Source: the human T2T-CHM13v2.0 reference genome, Homo sapiens
DNA length: 64,000 bases
Assembly (NCBI RefSeq): GCF_009914755.1
Contig: NC_060926.1
Strand: one strand, 5' to 3'
In this document: positions 26,879-41,912 of the stretch, piece after piece
Layout of the letters: every line of letters starts with the position of its first letter
Position numbering within the stretch: the stretch's first letter is position 1
Made by a program: the position numbers and the translations under genes
The notes under the pieces: model-generated
Told to the model about the DNA's origin: nothing
The model's database searches: none
Seen by the model: the letters and a program-made list of their open reading frames with translations, nothing else

Positions 26879-27939
26879 AGGGATGTGATTTGAAGAAATC
26901 TCTTAGATAATAAGCAATGGAAAATGAGAGAAAAAATAAGAAACTTATAGGATTAGTTCAGGAAGTCTAACATATGATTAATCCCAGAAAAAGAGAATAG
27001 AACAAATGGAAGGGAATAAATGATAAGAGAAATAATGCAAAAATAATGTTCTCAGAACTAGAAGTATATTAGTTTCCGGATTGAAAGCCCTCATGTAGTG
27101 CCCAGCACAGTTGTTGTAAAAGAAAGATAAAGTAACTTATACCAATGCACAATTTAGTGACATTTCAGAACACCAGGGAGATAAACAAGAGAGAAGAAAA
27201 AACAGGTCTCACACATACTAGATTGCTTTCAGAATAGGTTCAGATTTCTAAATAACAACATTGAAAACTAGAATTCTAGACCCAGAATTCTGTGTTCATC
27301 CAGTTGAAGTTATGAGTGCCAAATAGACATGCTCAGACATTCAGAGTCTCAAAGGTATTACCTCCAGTTATACCTGTTTCAGAAATCTCTATCCAATCCA
27401 AGATAGTAAAGCTAGAAAGAAGGGCATAGGATCTTAATCCAGGGAAACCATGGAATCTTAACACAAAGAAAGGTAAAAGGAGACCCAGGATTACAGTTGT
27501 GCAGCAACCTAGAAAATAGCCAGTCCTAGTTGGAGCAGGTGGATAGAGGACTCTAGGGAACATTTCCATAGGGAAAAAAAAAAAGGAACGCATAAGAGTA
27601 TCTGCTAACTGACTGAATCGAGATGAATTTTTCAGCTCTGGAGGGGAGTTTAGGGTTGAATTAAACTATACGTAAGATCTGAAACACTAAATATAAAAAA
27701 AGAAATGTAAGTTATAACACACACATCGGCTCCCTTATAAAGTATATTTATATGACCCTAGTGACATATATATTAAATATTGGTTACGCAAAAAATTGTT
27801 AAAACTATACTGAAAGTAAGAGAGGAGGGGTAATTTGTATAGCAGGTTGGTGTAAATAAATTATTTACCTTTCATGGTAGCATGTCAGTAGGTTATGTCT
27901 AACATGGACAAAATCAGGTTATAGCAAATTAGCATGTTA

Positions 27940-28260
27940 CTAAGAAATATAAAGCATATTAGGATATAGGCTAGGTTAGTATAACAACACACCCAAAATA
28001 CAATGGTTTTAAAAAGATGGTCTAGGAAGGTGTGAGGGATTGACTCCTTCCATCTTTTTGGCTCTGCCATTCCTAGGGTATTGCCATTATCCATGTTGTT
28101 AGACATGGCCCCCTTGTCCATGTCCCAGCTAACAAGAAGGAGAAAGAAAAAAACAAGAAGGCATGCTTCTTTTCCATTACAGATAAGACCCAGAAATTGC
28201 ATGTCACTTCTGTTCACGTTCCGTTAGGCCAGAAACTAGTCACATAGCCATTCCTACCTT
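27940..28260. mobile_element. MLT1-type LTR fragment
   Basis: ggctctgccattcctaggg...gtcacttctgttcacgttccgttaggccagaaactagtcacatagcca. Confidence 0.6.
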
Positions 28261-28419
28261 AGGTTTTCCCTAAAATGTTAGATATTTTGCACGTCACACA
28301 AAATTATTTAATCTACTTGAACTTGATAGTTTGTTTTTTAGAACTTGCTTACAAACAAAATCCTTTCTTACCCTCATGTAATAAAACACATGAAATAATG
28401 AAGGAAATGTATCTTAAAA

Positions 28420-29620
<1,201 letters not shown>

Positions 29621-30049
29621 AGCCATTATTATAAATAATATGTGAGATAACATTTTACACCATAGGTTTGCAAAAATTAAAAACTATGATATTGTTTTTC
29701 AGTGAGGATGCAGAAGAGCAAAACCAATGTTACAACCTCTTTGGAGAGCAGTTTGTCAATACCTAGTGATATAAGTTACGCAGACCTTATGATCCTGAAA
29801 TTTCACTCTAGTATTTATCCTGAAGAAACTGTGACATGTGTACAAAAGAGGAAATACCAAAAATAGTTTATTATAGCACTGTAGTTATCAAAAGACCTAC
29901 CAGTAGGGGAATAGAAATCCACTGCAGATTATTTATATAATATAATACTCTTAACAGCAGTTAAAATGAATGAATCAAACCTACATGTATCAATGTGGTT
30001 AAATCTCAAACATAATATTGAGTGGAAAAAGTAAGTTGAAAAAGTTTGT

Positions 30050-30833
30050 ACAATTGTCCCTTGGTATGTGTGGGGGATTGGTTCCATGACCTCCCACTGA
30101 TACTAAAATCTGAGTATGCTCAAGTCCCTGATATAAAATGGTGTAGTAGCCAGGGGCAGTGGTGCATGTCTGTAATCCCAGCTACCTGGAAGGCTGAGGC
30201 TAGAAGATTGCTTGAATTTAGGAGTTTAGGGCTAGCCTGGGCAACATAGCAAGATCCCTGTCTCTTAAAATAAAATAAAACAAGCAAAATTTAAAAATAA
30301 GATAAAATGTCATAGTATTTGCTTATAATTGATCCTGTCATGTACTTTTTTAAGAGAGGGTCTCACTCTGTCACCCAGGCTGGAGTGCAGTTGCGGGATC
30401 TCGGCTCACTGCAACCTCTGCCTCCCAGGTCCAAGCAATTATTGTACCTCAGCCTCCTGAGTAGCTGAGATTACAGACATGTGCCACCACGCCCGGCTAA
30501 TTTTTGTATTTTTATTAGAGATAGGATTTCACCATGTTGGCCAGGCTGGTCTCCAACTCCTGACCTCAGATGATCTGCCCATCTGATCATCTTCCCAAAG
30601 TGCTGGGATTACAGACGTGAGCCACCTTGCCTGGCCCATGTACTTTTAAATAATCTCTACATTACCTATTAAAATACTTACTACAATGTAAAGGCTATGT
30701 AAATAGTTGTTGTACTGTATTGTTTAGGGAATAATGATGAAAAAATCTATATGTATTCAGCACAGACACAATTCATTTTCAAATATTTTTGATCTGTGGT
30801 CAGTAGAATCCATGGATGTGGAGGACTAATGGT
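30050..30833. mobile_element. MER2-type (Tigger) element containing an Alu monomer (+, ~30149-30290) and an Alu (-, 30346-30636)
   Basis: gggggattggttcca.gacctccc...gctcaagtccctgatataaaatggtgtagta ... catggatgtggagg; Alu TSD catgtactttt. Confidence 0.8.
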
Positions 30834-31179
30834 ATATATAACTATACATTTATGTAAACCTTAAAACATGAAACAATAACATTGTTTATATATATGTTTA
30901 TATATATAACAATAATATATTGTTTATGAAATCATACATATGTAGTAAAAGTATAAAAAAATGCTTAAAATGATTATGGCAACCTCAGAATAATGGTTAC
31001 TTCTGAAAAAAGGGACAGAGGAGGGAGGGCAGGGCTTTCTCTGTATTTGCAACATGTATTTATTTAAAAAGGAAAGATCTGAGGCAAATGACGTTAACAT
31101 CTGTGAATACCGAATGGTGGCTATATTAATATGTGCTGTATAATTTTCTGTATTTTTTGGAATACTTGAAATCCTTCTT

Positions 31180-31471
31180 CTTGTTTTTGAGACATGGTCT
31201 CATCCTGACACCCAGGCTGGAGTGCAGTGGCACAATTATAGCCCACCGCTGCCTCAAATTCTTGGGCTTAAGCGATCCTCCTACCTCACCCTCCTGAGTA
31301 GCTAGGATTACAAGCATGCACCACCACACCTAGCTAATTTTTAAAATTTTTTGTAAAAATAAAGGACTCGCTATGTTGCCCAGGCTGTTCTCAAACTCCT
31401 GGCCTCAAGCAGTCCTCCCACCTCTGCCTCCCAAAGCACTGAGATTACAGGCTTGGGGCACTGCACCCAAC
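31180..31471 (-). mobile_element. AluJ
   Basis: Diverged dimer. Confidence 0.9.
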
Positions 31472-32141
31472 CCGGAAATACTTCCTGTTTTAAAGTGAAA
31501 ATATGAATTTCTGTGCTCAATAATACCATATTTGGCTTTTGGTTAACTAGTCTGACAGATCAGAAACTTTTATTATTTAAATATGATTCTGCTTTAAGAT
31601 GATGGGATATGCAACATCACCTCACAAAAGAACTCCCAATTACTTAGCAGTTTCAGTTTTATCAATCAGAGCATCATGGCACGAATGTGAAATGTTAGTG
31701 AGTTCATGCAGGCTCTCAAAAGGAAAAATCATATTTTCATTCTCTCTTCAATGGCACTTGATCAAATCAGAAAAAGAAAGAGAAAACTTGAAATAATTTT
31801 TCTTTTACAACTTACCCATTTCTCAAAACTTCTGGTATGGACTTTTTAAAAAGGCAATATATTTATAGCATTTTTCTCATTGTTGAAACACTGGATGTAG
31901 TATTCAAATGTTCATGCTACCATGTATTAGTTGTATGTTTTCAGGCACATTACTTAACCTTTGTGATGTTCCATTTTATGATCCATAAAATGAGTATAAT
32001 TAAGATTAGTGTGAAAGTGCCTAGATACTGACTAAATGTTATTTGAATTTGAAATTTGGTGGATCTATGTCTTCGTAAACTTGACTTTATGGAAATAAGC
32101 TCTTTTCAGATATGTGATTTTTTTAAGTTTCTTTATTATAG

Positions 32142-32239
32142 AGAAATCAACAACTGATGACGATGTACAGAAATCAGACATCTCATCAAGTAGTCAAGGA
32201 GTGATAGAAAAGGAATCCTTGGGACCTCTTCTTTTGGAG
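32142..32239 (+). CDS. NCOA1: NCOA1 coding exon 3 ([33 protein letters not shown])
   Basis: Acceptor ttatag|; donor GAG|GTAGGT; 98 nt; contains the p160-family VQKSDISSS motif. Confidence 0.97.
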
Positions 32240-32889
32240 GTAGGTGTCTTCATTGACTCAGAAAGTGATTAAAATCTTTGTTGTAGCCAGTTTGGGTTTT
32301 TCTTTTTTAAATGCCTTATATCCAGTTAATAAATTATAAAACAAAGTAAAGAACTTTTTATAATTATTTTATTATGAGAACTATTTGACAGTTGTTACTG
32401 TTTCAGAATCAAAAGTGAATAATGAACATGAGAAATTTTCATGAAGGCATTCTAAGCAGTGAGATGGAAAACTTGAAGCTTATTATATGGCTTTGCCTTT
32501 TATTTCTGTGGTGGTTAGGCCTAGTTGGGAAAATAAAATATTAATATTAGATTTACTTAGCTAGCTAGTGTTATCTATATGTATACCATAGAATTTTACT
32601 TTTGAATGAAGGATCCCACAGTTTATTGCAGTACGTGATTTTCTGCAGTTTTCTGAATAAAAATGTTTAAATTGTTTATATAAACATTCTAAGAGAATTA
32701 CTATTTTAACTGTCAAACTTTGTAATGTGAAGAACTTTTAAATTTGAATGGCTTTGTAATTACTGTGTAATTTTCACCCCTGCATTTTCTATCTAATCTT
32801 TACTCCCTGCATTCTCTAATATAGATGTCTTGTTTCCAAGCATCCTCATTACTTTAAATGCTTTCTCTCCTACATGAATGTTTAAAGAC

Positions 32890-32896
32890 ATATGTA

Positions 32897-32940
<44 letters not shown>
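32890..32940. repeat. (TG)n microsatellite
   Basis: Read directly. Confidence 0.95.
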
Positions 32941-32941
<1 letters not shown>

Positions 32942-32993
32942 TTCTATCTCTAGGTCTAATTATATATACTTATTTATGGCCCTTGGGTACCCC

Positions 32994-33289
32994 TTTTTTT
33001 TTTTTTGAGACGGAGTCTCGCTTTGTGGCCCATGCTGGAGTGCAGTGGTGTGGTCTCGGTTCACTGCAAGCTCCGCCTCCCCGGTTCATGACATTCTCCT
33101 GCCTCAGCCTCCTGAGTAGCTGGGACTACAGGCGCCTGCTACCACGCCTGGCTAATTTTTTTGTATTTTTAGTAGAGACGGTGTTTCACCGTGTTAGCCA
33201 GGATGGTCTCGATCTCCTGACGTCGTGATCCGCCCACCTCGGCCTCCCAAAGTGCTGGGATTACAGGCGTGAGCCACTGCGCCCGGCCT
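32994..33289 (-). mobile_element. AluY
   Basis: CpG-rich dimer, cactgcaagctccgcc. Confidence 0.95.
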
Positions 33290-34384
33290 ATTTCTCTTTT
33301 TAAAAATATAAAATAAAGGTAGCACGGGTAAAGAATGAAGGTACTAGAAGAAATTTTCGCACATCTAATGAGAGGGTAATATTATAATGTATTTATTCAA
33401 CAAAGATTTGTTGAATACCTACAGTGTGTTAGACACTGGATATCTACATCATGGAATTATTTTAAAAATTAAGTGACACAATTTCTTAGCAGAGTACTTT
33501 ATACATAGTTAGTACTCATTAAGTCCAGTATGGGCATTTTTTTTAAGCTCATTTCCTCCCTTTGCTGTCTAAAATTCCTCTGCCTGCTGGTCAGAGTTCT
33601 GCATTATCTGACTCTAACCCTCCTGTTTCCATTGGTCCATAAGAAAACTGCTTCAGAGAGGTCTCACTATATCTTGCACATGCATTCTAGCTTCCTTAAC
33701 TTGCTTTGCACCATTCCCTACATTTCTTTGTGGCTTTTGACACTTACTGACCACTCATTCCCACTACCTTACACATTCCATGGCCCCTTTCACAGTGTTC
33801 TTTCTCTACCCCTCTGGTTACTCCTCAGCCTTTTTCTCAGATTTCTTTCCTTAATTGCCTCTTAAATGTTAGTATCCCCTGGGAGTCTAGCCTTGGCTCT
33901 TTCCCTTTTTTAATTCTGTGCACATTTACTGGGAAGGTTTATCTGTGTCTTTGTCTATATAACATATACACATATATGTGAATTACATATATGAAATCAG
34001 TTGCATTTCTCTGATTTGAAGCAATAGAAATCAACTCTGACTAAGCAAATATGAATTTATTGGAATGCTATTTGGATATCATAGAACCATGCTTGGAAAT
34101 GGGATGAAATCAAAATATCTTAAGGAGGCTAGAAACCAAAAGCTTTGTTAATGGTCTCTTAGAAAGAACCATCTGGGCAGTGCCCTGCTGCTAGAATGAG
34201 TGTACTCCTGCTATGTTTAGCTTTTTGTAATTATTCTCAAGATTCACATTTGAGGAGGAAGTCTCCCAATGGCCTGATTAAGAATCCCATAAGGCTTTGT
34301 GTAGTGGGGAAGAAAATTTCCCAGAGGAAATCCGAGTATTCTTTACTAGGGGAAAAGATGATCGTAGTTAAAAACAAATAAACA

Positions 34385-34737
<353 letters not shown>

Positions 34738-35090
34738 TCACAAAGGTCTATCCTTAGCCCAGATCTGTCTTCCAAGCTTCTCTTTCAATACATCCTGCTG
34801 CCTTTTAAAGATTTCCAATTTTCCTAGAGTGGCCTCACTTTGGAGGTTGGAGGTATTTTGGGGTTTCTCAGCAGACTTCTGTGGCAGTGGGGTCACCTCA
34901 AGTTTTGGAACAGCAATGAAAAATGACCAGTGCTATGATAACATCCAGTTTACTCATGTGACCTGGGATAGTTCCTTTTGTACTATCCGTCCCAGATTTG
35001 TTGCCATAATCATAGACATGACTTGGGGAGGAGAGTTGCTTGTGCTCCCTTTTCATAAGCATTCTGGAAAGAAATCAAAACTTGGATGTG

Positions 35091-35197
35091 GTGCTCAGTT
35101 TGGCAGCACATATACTGAAATAGGAACAATACAGAGAAGATTATCATGGCCTCTGCACAAAGATGACACATAAATTTGTGAAGTATTTCATATTTTT
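35091..35197 (+). pseudogene. Full-length U6 snRNA retropseudogene
   Basis: 107 nt, GTGCTC...ACAGAGAAGATT...CATATTTTT; about 16 mismatches to U6 by my count, many of them CpG transitions; no U6 PSE/TATA promoter evident upstream. Confidence 0.95.
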
Positions 35198-35798
35198 CAG
35201 CTGAACCCAACTTATACCACAGGCAAAACCAAGGGCATCAAAGAATATAAAAGCAAAAAGCTCCATTGAAAGGACAGCACCTTTGAACATTAAAGGAGCA
35301 TCAGATGCGAAAGAACCAGTAAGAACTCTGGAAACGCAAAAAGCCAGAGTGTTTTCTTAACCTCCAAACAACTGCACTAACTCCCCAGCCATGGTTTGTA
35401 ACCAGGCTGAAATGACTCAAATGACAGACTAAGAATTCAGAATCTGGATGGCAACAAAGATCATTGAGATTCAGGAGAAAGTTGAAACCCAATCCAAGGA
35501 ATCTTAGGAATCCAGTAAAATGATATTAGAGATTAAAGATAAAACAGGTATTTTAAGAAAGAACCAAACTGATCTGATAAAACTGAAAAACTCACTACAA
35601 GAAAAATTTCATAATTGGAAATATTAATGACAGAATCGACCAAGCTGAGGAAGGAATCTCAGAGCTCGAAGACCAGTTAACTGGTCAACTCAGAAATAAA
35701 GAAAAAAGAATAAAAAAGAATGAACAAAACCTCTGAGAAATATGTGATTATGTAAAGAGACTAAACCTACAGCTGGTATCCCTGACAAACAGGGAGAG
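35198..35798 (+). mobile_element. L1 5'UTR end / ORF1 start fragment (older L1PA/L1PB type) fused directly to U6
   Basis: gaaagaaccagtaagaactctgg...gagattcaggagaaagttgaaacccaatccaaggaa...gaacaaaacctctgagaaatatgtgattatgtaaaga is typical L1 ORF1 sequence. Confidence 0.8.
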
Positions 35799-35843
35799 TA
35801 TATTAGTCAATTTTCACACTGCTATAAAGAATACCTGATTTGG

Positions 35844-36505
<662 letters not shown>

Positions 36506-36653
36506 GGAAAGAGGTTTAATTGACTTACAGTTCCACATGGCTAGGGAAGCCTCAGGAAATTTACAATTACAGCAGAAGGCAAAGGAGAAGCAAGTATGTT
36601 CTTCACCAGGCGGCAGGAAAGAGAAAGAGTGAGAGAATGAGGATGTGCCACAC

Positions 36654-37797
36654 TTTTTTTTTTCTTCAACTTTTAAGTTCCGGGGTACATGTGTAGGATG
36701 TGCAGGTTTGTTACATAGCTAAATGTGTGCCATGGTAGTTTGCTGCATAGATCAACCCATCACCTAGGTATTAAGCCCAGCATCCATTAGCTATTCTTCC
36801 TCATACTCCCCCTCCTGCCACCCCTGCCCCCAACAGGCCTCAGTGTGTGTTGTTCCCTCTGCCATGTGTCCATGTGTTCTCATTGTTCAGCTCCCACTTA
36901 TAAGTGAGAACATGCAGCATTTGGTTTGATGTTCCTGCATTAATTTGCTGAGAATAACAGCTTCCAACTCCATCCATGTCCCTGCAAAGGACCATGATCT
37001 CATCCCTTTTTATGGCTACATAGTATTCCATGGTGTATATGTACCACATTTTCTTTATCCAGTCTATCATTGATGGGCATTTAGGTTGATTCCAGGCCTT
37101 TGCTATTGTGAATAGTGCTGTGATGAACATACATGTGCATGTATCTTTATAACAGAATGATTTATGTCTCTTTGGATATATACTCAGTAATGGGATTGCT
37201 GGGTCATATGGTATTTCTGCCTCTAAATCTTTGAGGAATCACCACACTGCCTTCCACAATGGTTAAACTAATTTATACTCCCACCAACAGTGTAAAAGCA
37301 TTCCTTTTTCTCTGCAACCTTGCCAGCATCTATTGTTTTTTGACTTTTTAATAATCACCACTCTGACTGGCATGAAATGGTATCTCATTGTGGTTTTGAT
37401 TTGCATCTCTCTAATGATCAGTGATGTTGAGCTTTTGATATGTTTGTTGGCTGCATGAATGTTTTCTTTTGAGAAGTGTCTGTTCATGCCATTTGCCTGC
37501 TTTTTAATGGGGTTGTTTGGTTTTTTCTTGTAAATTTGTTTAAGTTCCTTGTAGACTGGATATTAGACCTTTGTCAGATGGATAGATTGCAAAAATTTTA
37601 TCCCATTCTTTAGGTTGTTCACTCTGATGATAGTTTCTTTTGCTGTGCAGAAGCTCTTGAGTTTAATTAGATCCTATTTGTTAATTTTTGCTTTTGTTGC
37701 AGTTGCTTTTGGCATTTTCATCATGAAATCTCTGCCCGTGCCTATGTACTGAATGGTATTGCCTAGATATTCTTCTAGGGTTTTTATAGTTTTGGGT
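36654..37797 (-). mobile_element. L1PA 3' end (3'UTR and ORF2 tail)
   Basis: Poly-T followed by L1PA 3'UTR; ORF2-like peptides MFITALFTIAKAWNQPKCPS and [10 protein letters not shown] on the minus strand. Confidence 0.92.
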
Positions 37798-38817
37798 GAT
37801 GTCTTTTATTCCCGGAACTTTGTCCCATCACAGTCACTTTGGTAGTCTCATTTAAAGCCAGGGCCCTGTGAGAAGCCTTGGCTAATGTGAACCCTTCCGT
37901 GTGACACACGGTGGTCTTCTTCAAAGGATGACATCCTGGGCAGAGTTTGGAAAAGTTCTCAGATTGATTACTGAATGCATAGGCATTTGTTGTCTTCTCT
38001 GTATGCAGTACAACATAAAACCAGCTGTCAGGACTTGGAGGAATAGGAAGATTCCTTTCCAGGAGCACACTTTGAAGTTAATTAGATAAACAACATATGA
38101 GGGAAACTTGTAGAACAAGAACAAGTAATAACAGATTATATTAACCAGATATACTTTTAGAAAATAGAGATGCTTCTATATTCATAGGAATAGTCTCAAA
38201 AATTATTCCCTGAAATGTTACTAGTCTCTTGAGGGTGGAATTCTGGCAGGTCTTCCACTATCAACCTCATTTTTACATTTTAATCTTTATAAGTATATAT
38301 TTATAATACAAAGCAAGTTAAATTGTATTTACACTGATGCAAAGAACATTTTTAAAGAAGTTTCAGGTCTATTTTTGAAAAATAAATCTGTTTTTAAATT
38401 ATTTCTATTTTTATATAAACTTCAAGGTAAGTAAATGGACATTGATCACCTATTATGAGATTTATAGCTAATCTAAGGGGTTTTATAAACCCAATTTAGA
38501 TATGAGTGTACTTTCCTGTGCTCATCTAAACCCAAAATATTTTAAAAAAGAGTTTATCTAGTGTTGAGATTTTAAAGATTATTAATCACGTCCCTATCTC
38601 CTTTGCATTATGGACTAAGTAAGTCACGGCGATCGGGTAGAATAAAAATAGCTTTATTCCTTTTTGTTCTTGCTAAAGAAAATATTAGCAATATTTTAAA
38701 TGAGAACAATGGGTTGTGCTTCAATCTTGTTTTAAATCTTGGTTATATTCTTTGTGATGGAGTGATAATGGAGATGTATTACTAAATTTCATTTATTTTA
38801 ATATTTGGTTTAAATAA

Positions 38818-39640
38818 TCTTGTCCATTCATCTGTTGGCAGACACTTAGCTTGATCCTCATATCTTGGCTATTGTGAATAATGCTGCAGTGAACATGGGA
38901 GTGCAGACATCTCTTTGACATACTGATTTCATTTCCTTTGGATATATACCCAGTACTGGGATTACTGGATCATATGGTAGTTCTATTTTTAATTTTTTGA
39001 GGAACCTCCCTACTACTTCCCATAATAGATGTTCTCTTTTCTTCACATCCTCACCTACGCTTAACAGATATGAAGTGATATCTCATCGTGGTTTTAATTT
39101 GCATCAACCTAAGTGTCCAAAAATGGATGAATGGATTAAGAAAATGCTGTGTATACACAGAGCGGAATACTATTCAGCCTTTAAAAAGGAAATCCTGTCA
39201 TCTGCCACAATATGTATGAACCTAGAAGACATTATGTTAATTAAAAGCCAGACGCAGAAAGACAGATACCACATGATCTCACTTATATGTGGGATCTAAA
39301 AAAGTCAAACTCATAGGAGAGAGTAGAATGGTGGTTACCAGGGGCTGCGTGAAGGGTTGGGGGGATTGGAGGGATGTTGGTCAAAAGATGAAAACCTTTC
39401 AATTAGATGGGAAGAATAAGTTCAAGAGATCTATTGAACATTATGGTGACTGTAATTAATAACAATTATTTTATACCTGAAAATTGCAAAGAGAGAGCTT
39501 TTAAGTGTTTTCACCACAAAAAAAATGATAAGTATATGAGGTAGTGCTTATGTTCATTAGCTTGATTTGGCCATTCTACAATGTATACATATTTGAAAAC
39601 ATATACCATAAATATATATTAGTTTTTCTCAATTAAAAAA
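38818..39640. mobile_element. L1MA-type 3' fragment with a 5' inversion
   Basis: 38818-39104 is antisense L1, 39103-39640 is sense L1 ending in an A-rich tail. Confidence 0.8.
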
Positions 39641-39864
39641 CAATCATCTTAGCTGAAAAATGCACCTCTCAAAAATAAGGTAGAGGCAAATGGAAAAGTA
39701 TATCATTGGATGTGTTTACTAAATTACGATAGTCATTTTTAAATCCTACCCACAAACTGTGCAGAGGTTTTTATTGACCTTCCAGTTTCCTTGATTTTAA
39801 AAAAAATGATTCTTCCAAACATCAGAAGATGTTGCATTTTCACATAAAAAAAAAAAAAAAATAG

Positions 39865-40141
39865 GGCTGGGCATGGAGGCCCATGCCTGTAATCCCAGCA
39901 CTTTGGGAGGCCAAGGTAGGTGGATCACCTGAGGTCAGGAGTTTAAGACCAACCTGGCCAACATGGTAAAACCCCATCTCTACTAAAAATACAGAAATCA
40001 GCGGGGCATGGTGGCACATGCCTGTAATCCCAGCTACGTGGGAGGCTGAAGCAGGAGTATCACTTGAATCCAGGAAGCAGAGGTTGCAGTGGGCCAAGAT
40101 TGTGCCACTGCACTCTCTCAAAAAAAAGGAAAAGAAAAAAA
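39865..40141 (+). mobile_element. AluS with a deletion near its 3' end
   Basis: ccactgcactc joins directly to tctcaaaa. Confidence 0.9.
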
Positions 40142-40241
40142 GGGCCAAAGCCCACTGAGAATCTAATTGGAAGATTTTTCAACAGAAAATGCTCTAAGAT
40201 TTTAAACTGATGAGATAAGATAAATTATACAAGCTATTTAG

Positions 40242-40303
40242 GTCATTTTCAGTATCACGTCATTTTCAGTGTCACGACATTTTCAGTATCACGTCATTTT
40301 CAG
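40242..40303. repeat. 17-bp minisatellite, about 3.6 copies
   Basis: gtcattttcagtatcac units. Confidence 0.95.
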
Positions 40304-40429
40304 GAACAAAATTGTAACAGTGGTAACACTTCCAAACATCCATTTTCACATGCTATCTCTATAGCATTAGTGTCTTTTTAAAAAGCAGTTTACTTTTTAT
40401 TCATTGTTAAAATTTCATCTTAATCCTGA

Positions 40430-40796
<367 letters not shown>

Positions 40797-41734
40797 CCGT
40801 GGCCTTTTTTAAAAGGAAAAATGAGTAACCCGTCAGCATTGTTAGATAGGTCTTTTAATTTCGCCGTAGATAACCAGCAGACCCTGTATGATCCAAAGGA
40901 TTTTTATGGTCATTTTACATTTTGTTACAAAATTCTGTAAATGTTCTATTTTTTCAGGATCTTGATTTTATTGCTTATATATATTCTGCAGCAAGTAAGC
41001 TGCAACATGTTGCAATAAATGAAAAGATTACAAATAAGTAAGGTGCCACAGTCAACCTCTGCATTCTGGCTCTTCCTCGGGATACCAGGGTTTGTGTGAT
41101 ATGTGACTGTCTGCACCGAGTCAGGCACCATAGTGTTAATATGCTTAAGCTTCATGTCTTTATTATGTTTTAGATTACAATATACATAGAGGTTCTAACT
41201 TTTCCCGTGCTCCCTTGTGGATATTATATGCCCCGTAGGACGCATATGTCTTCTTTTGGAGACCCCTGGCTCCATTTCAGTGCATAGGAAGCCCCTGTGA
41301 TTTGGCTCCTGTCCACGTCTGCTGACTCGCCTTGTACCATATACTCCAGCAGCTGCAAACTGCCTGTTCGTTTTCTTTTTGTGCTATGCTCTCTCCACTT
41401 CCTGGAATGTTCTTCCTTCAATCCTCTTCCTCCCCAACTATGCCTTTTATATGTTAGGTAGGGGTCTGTACCTTTCTTTGACCCCCACCCTGATCCCAAA
41501 TTAGGCATCCTTCTGTGTGCTTATGGACTATTTTGTGTATGTCTCTGATCTGCATTTTATCACTGATATTTTATTATGTTTATGTCTCTCTCTCCTGCAG
41601 TATCACAATTTCCTTGAGGACAGAGACCAGGTCTTGACATATATTTCTGATCTCTTTTTTAATAGAAAAATGTATAGTTTAATTTTTCTTTTATCTTTCA
41701 ACCTCCAAACCATTTTTTTCTTTTGGTTTTGCAG

Positions 41735-41912
41735 GCTTTGGATGGATTTTTCTTTGTTGTGAACTGTGAAGGGAGAATTGTATTTGTGTCAGAGAATGTA
41801 ACCAGCTACTTAGGTTACAATCAGGAGGAATTAATGAATACCAGCGTCTACAGCATACTGCACGTGGGGGATCATGCAGAATTTGTGAAGAATCTGCTAC
41901 CAAAATCACTAG
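41735..41912 (+). CDS. NCOA1: NCOA1 coding exon 4, PAS-A ([22 protein letters not shown]...NLLPKSL)
   Basis: Acceptor ttttgcag|; donor TAG|GTAAAC; 178 nt; PAS signature ALDGFFFVV. Confidence 0.98.

Noticed and set aside
35091-35197. Functional U6 snRNA gene
   Set aside because: About 15% diverged, the catalytic AGC triad is altered (ATTAGC to ATTATC), and no promoter is evident.
40242-40303. CRISPR-like array
   Set aside because: Head-to-tail repeats with no spacers, in primate intronic DNA.
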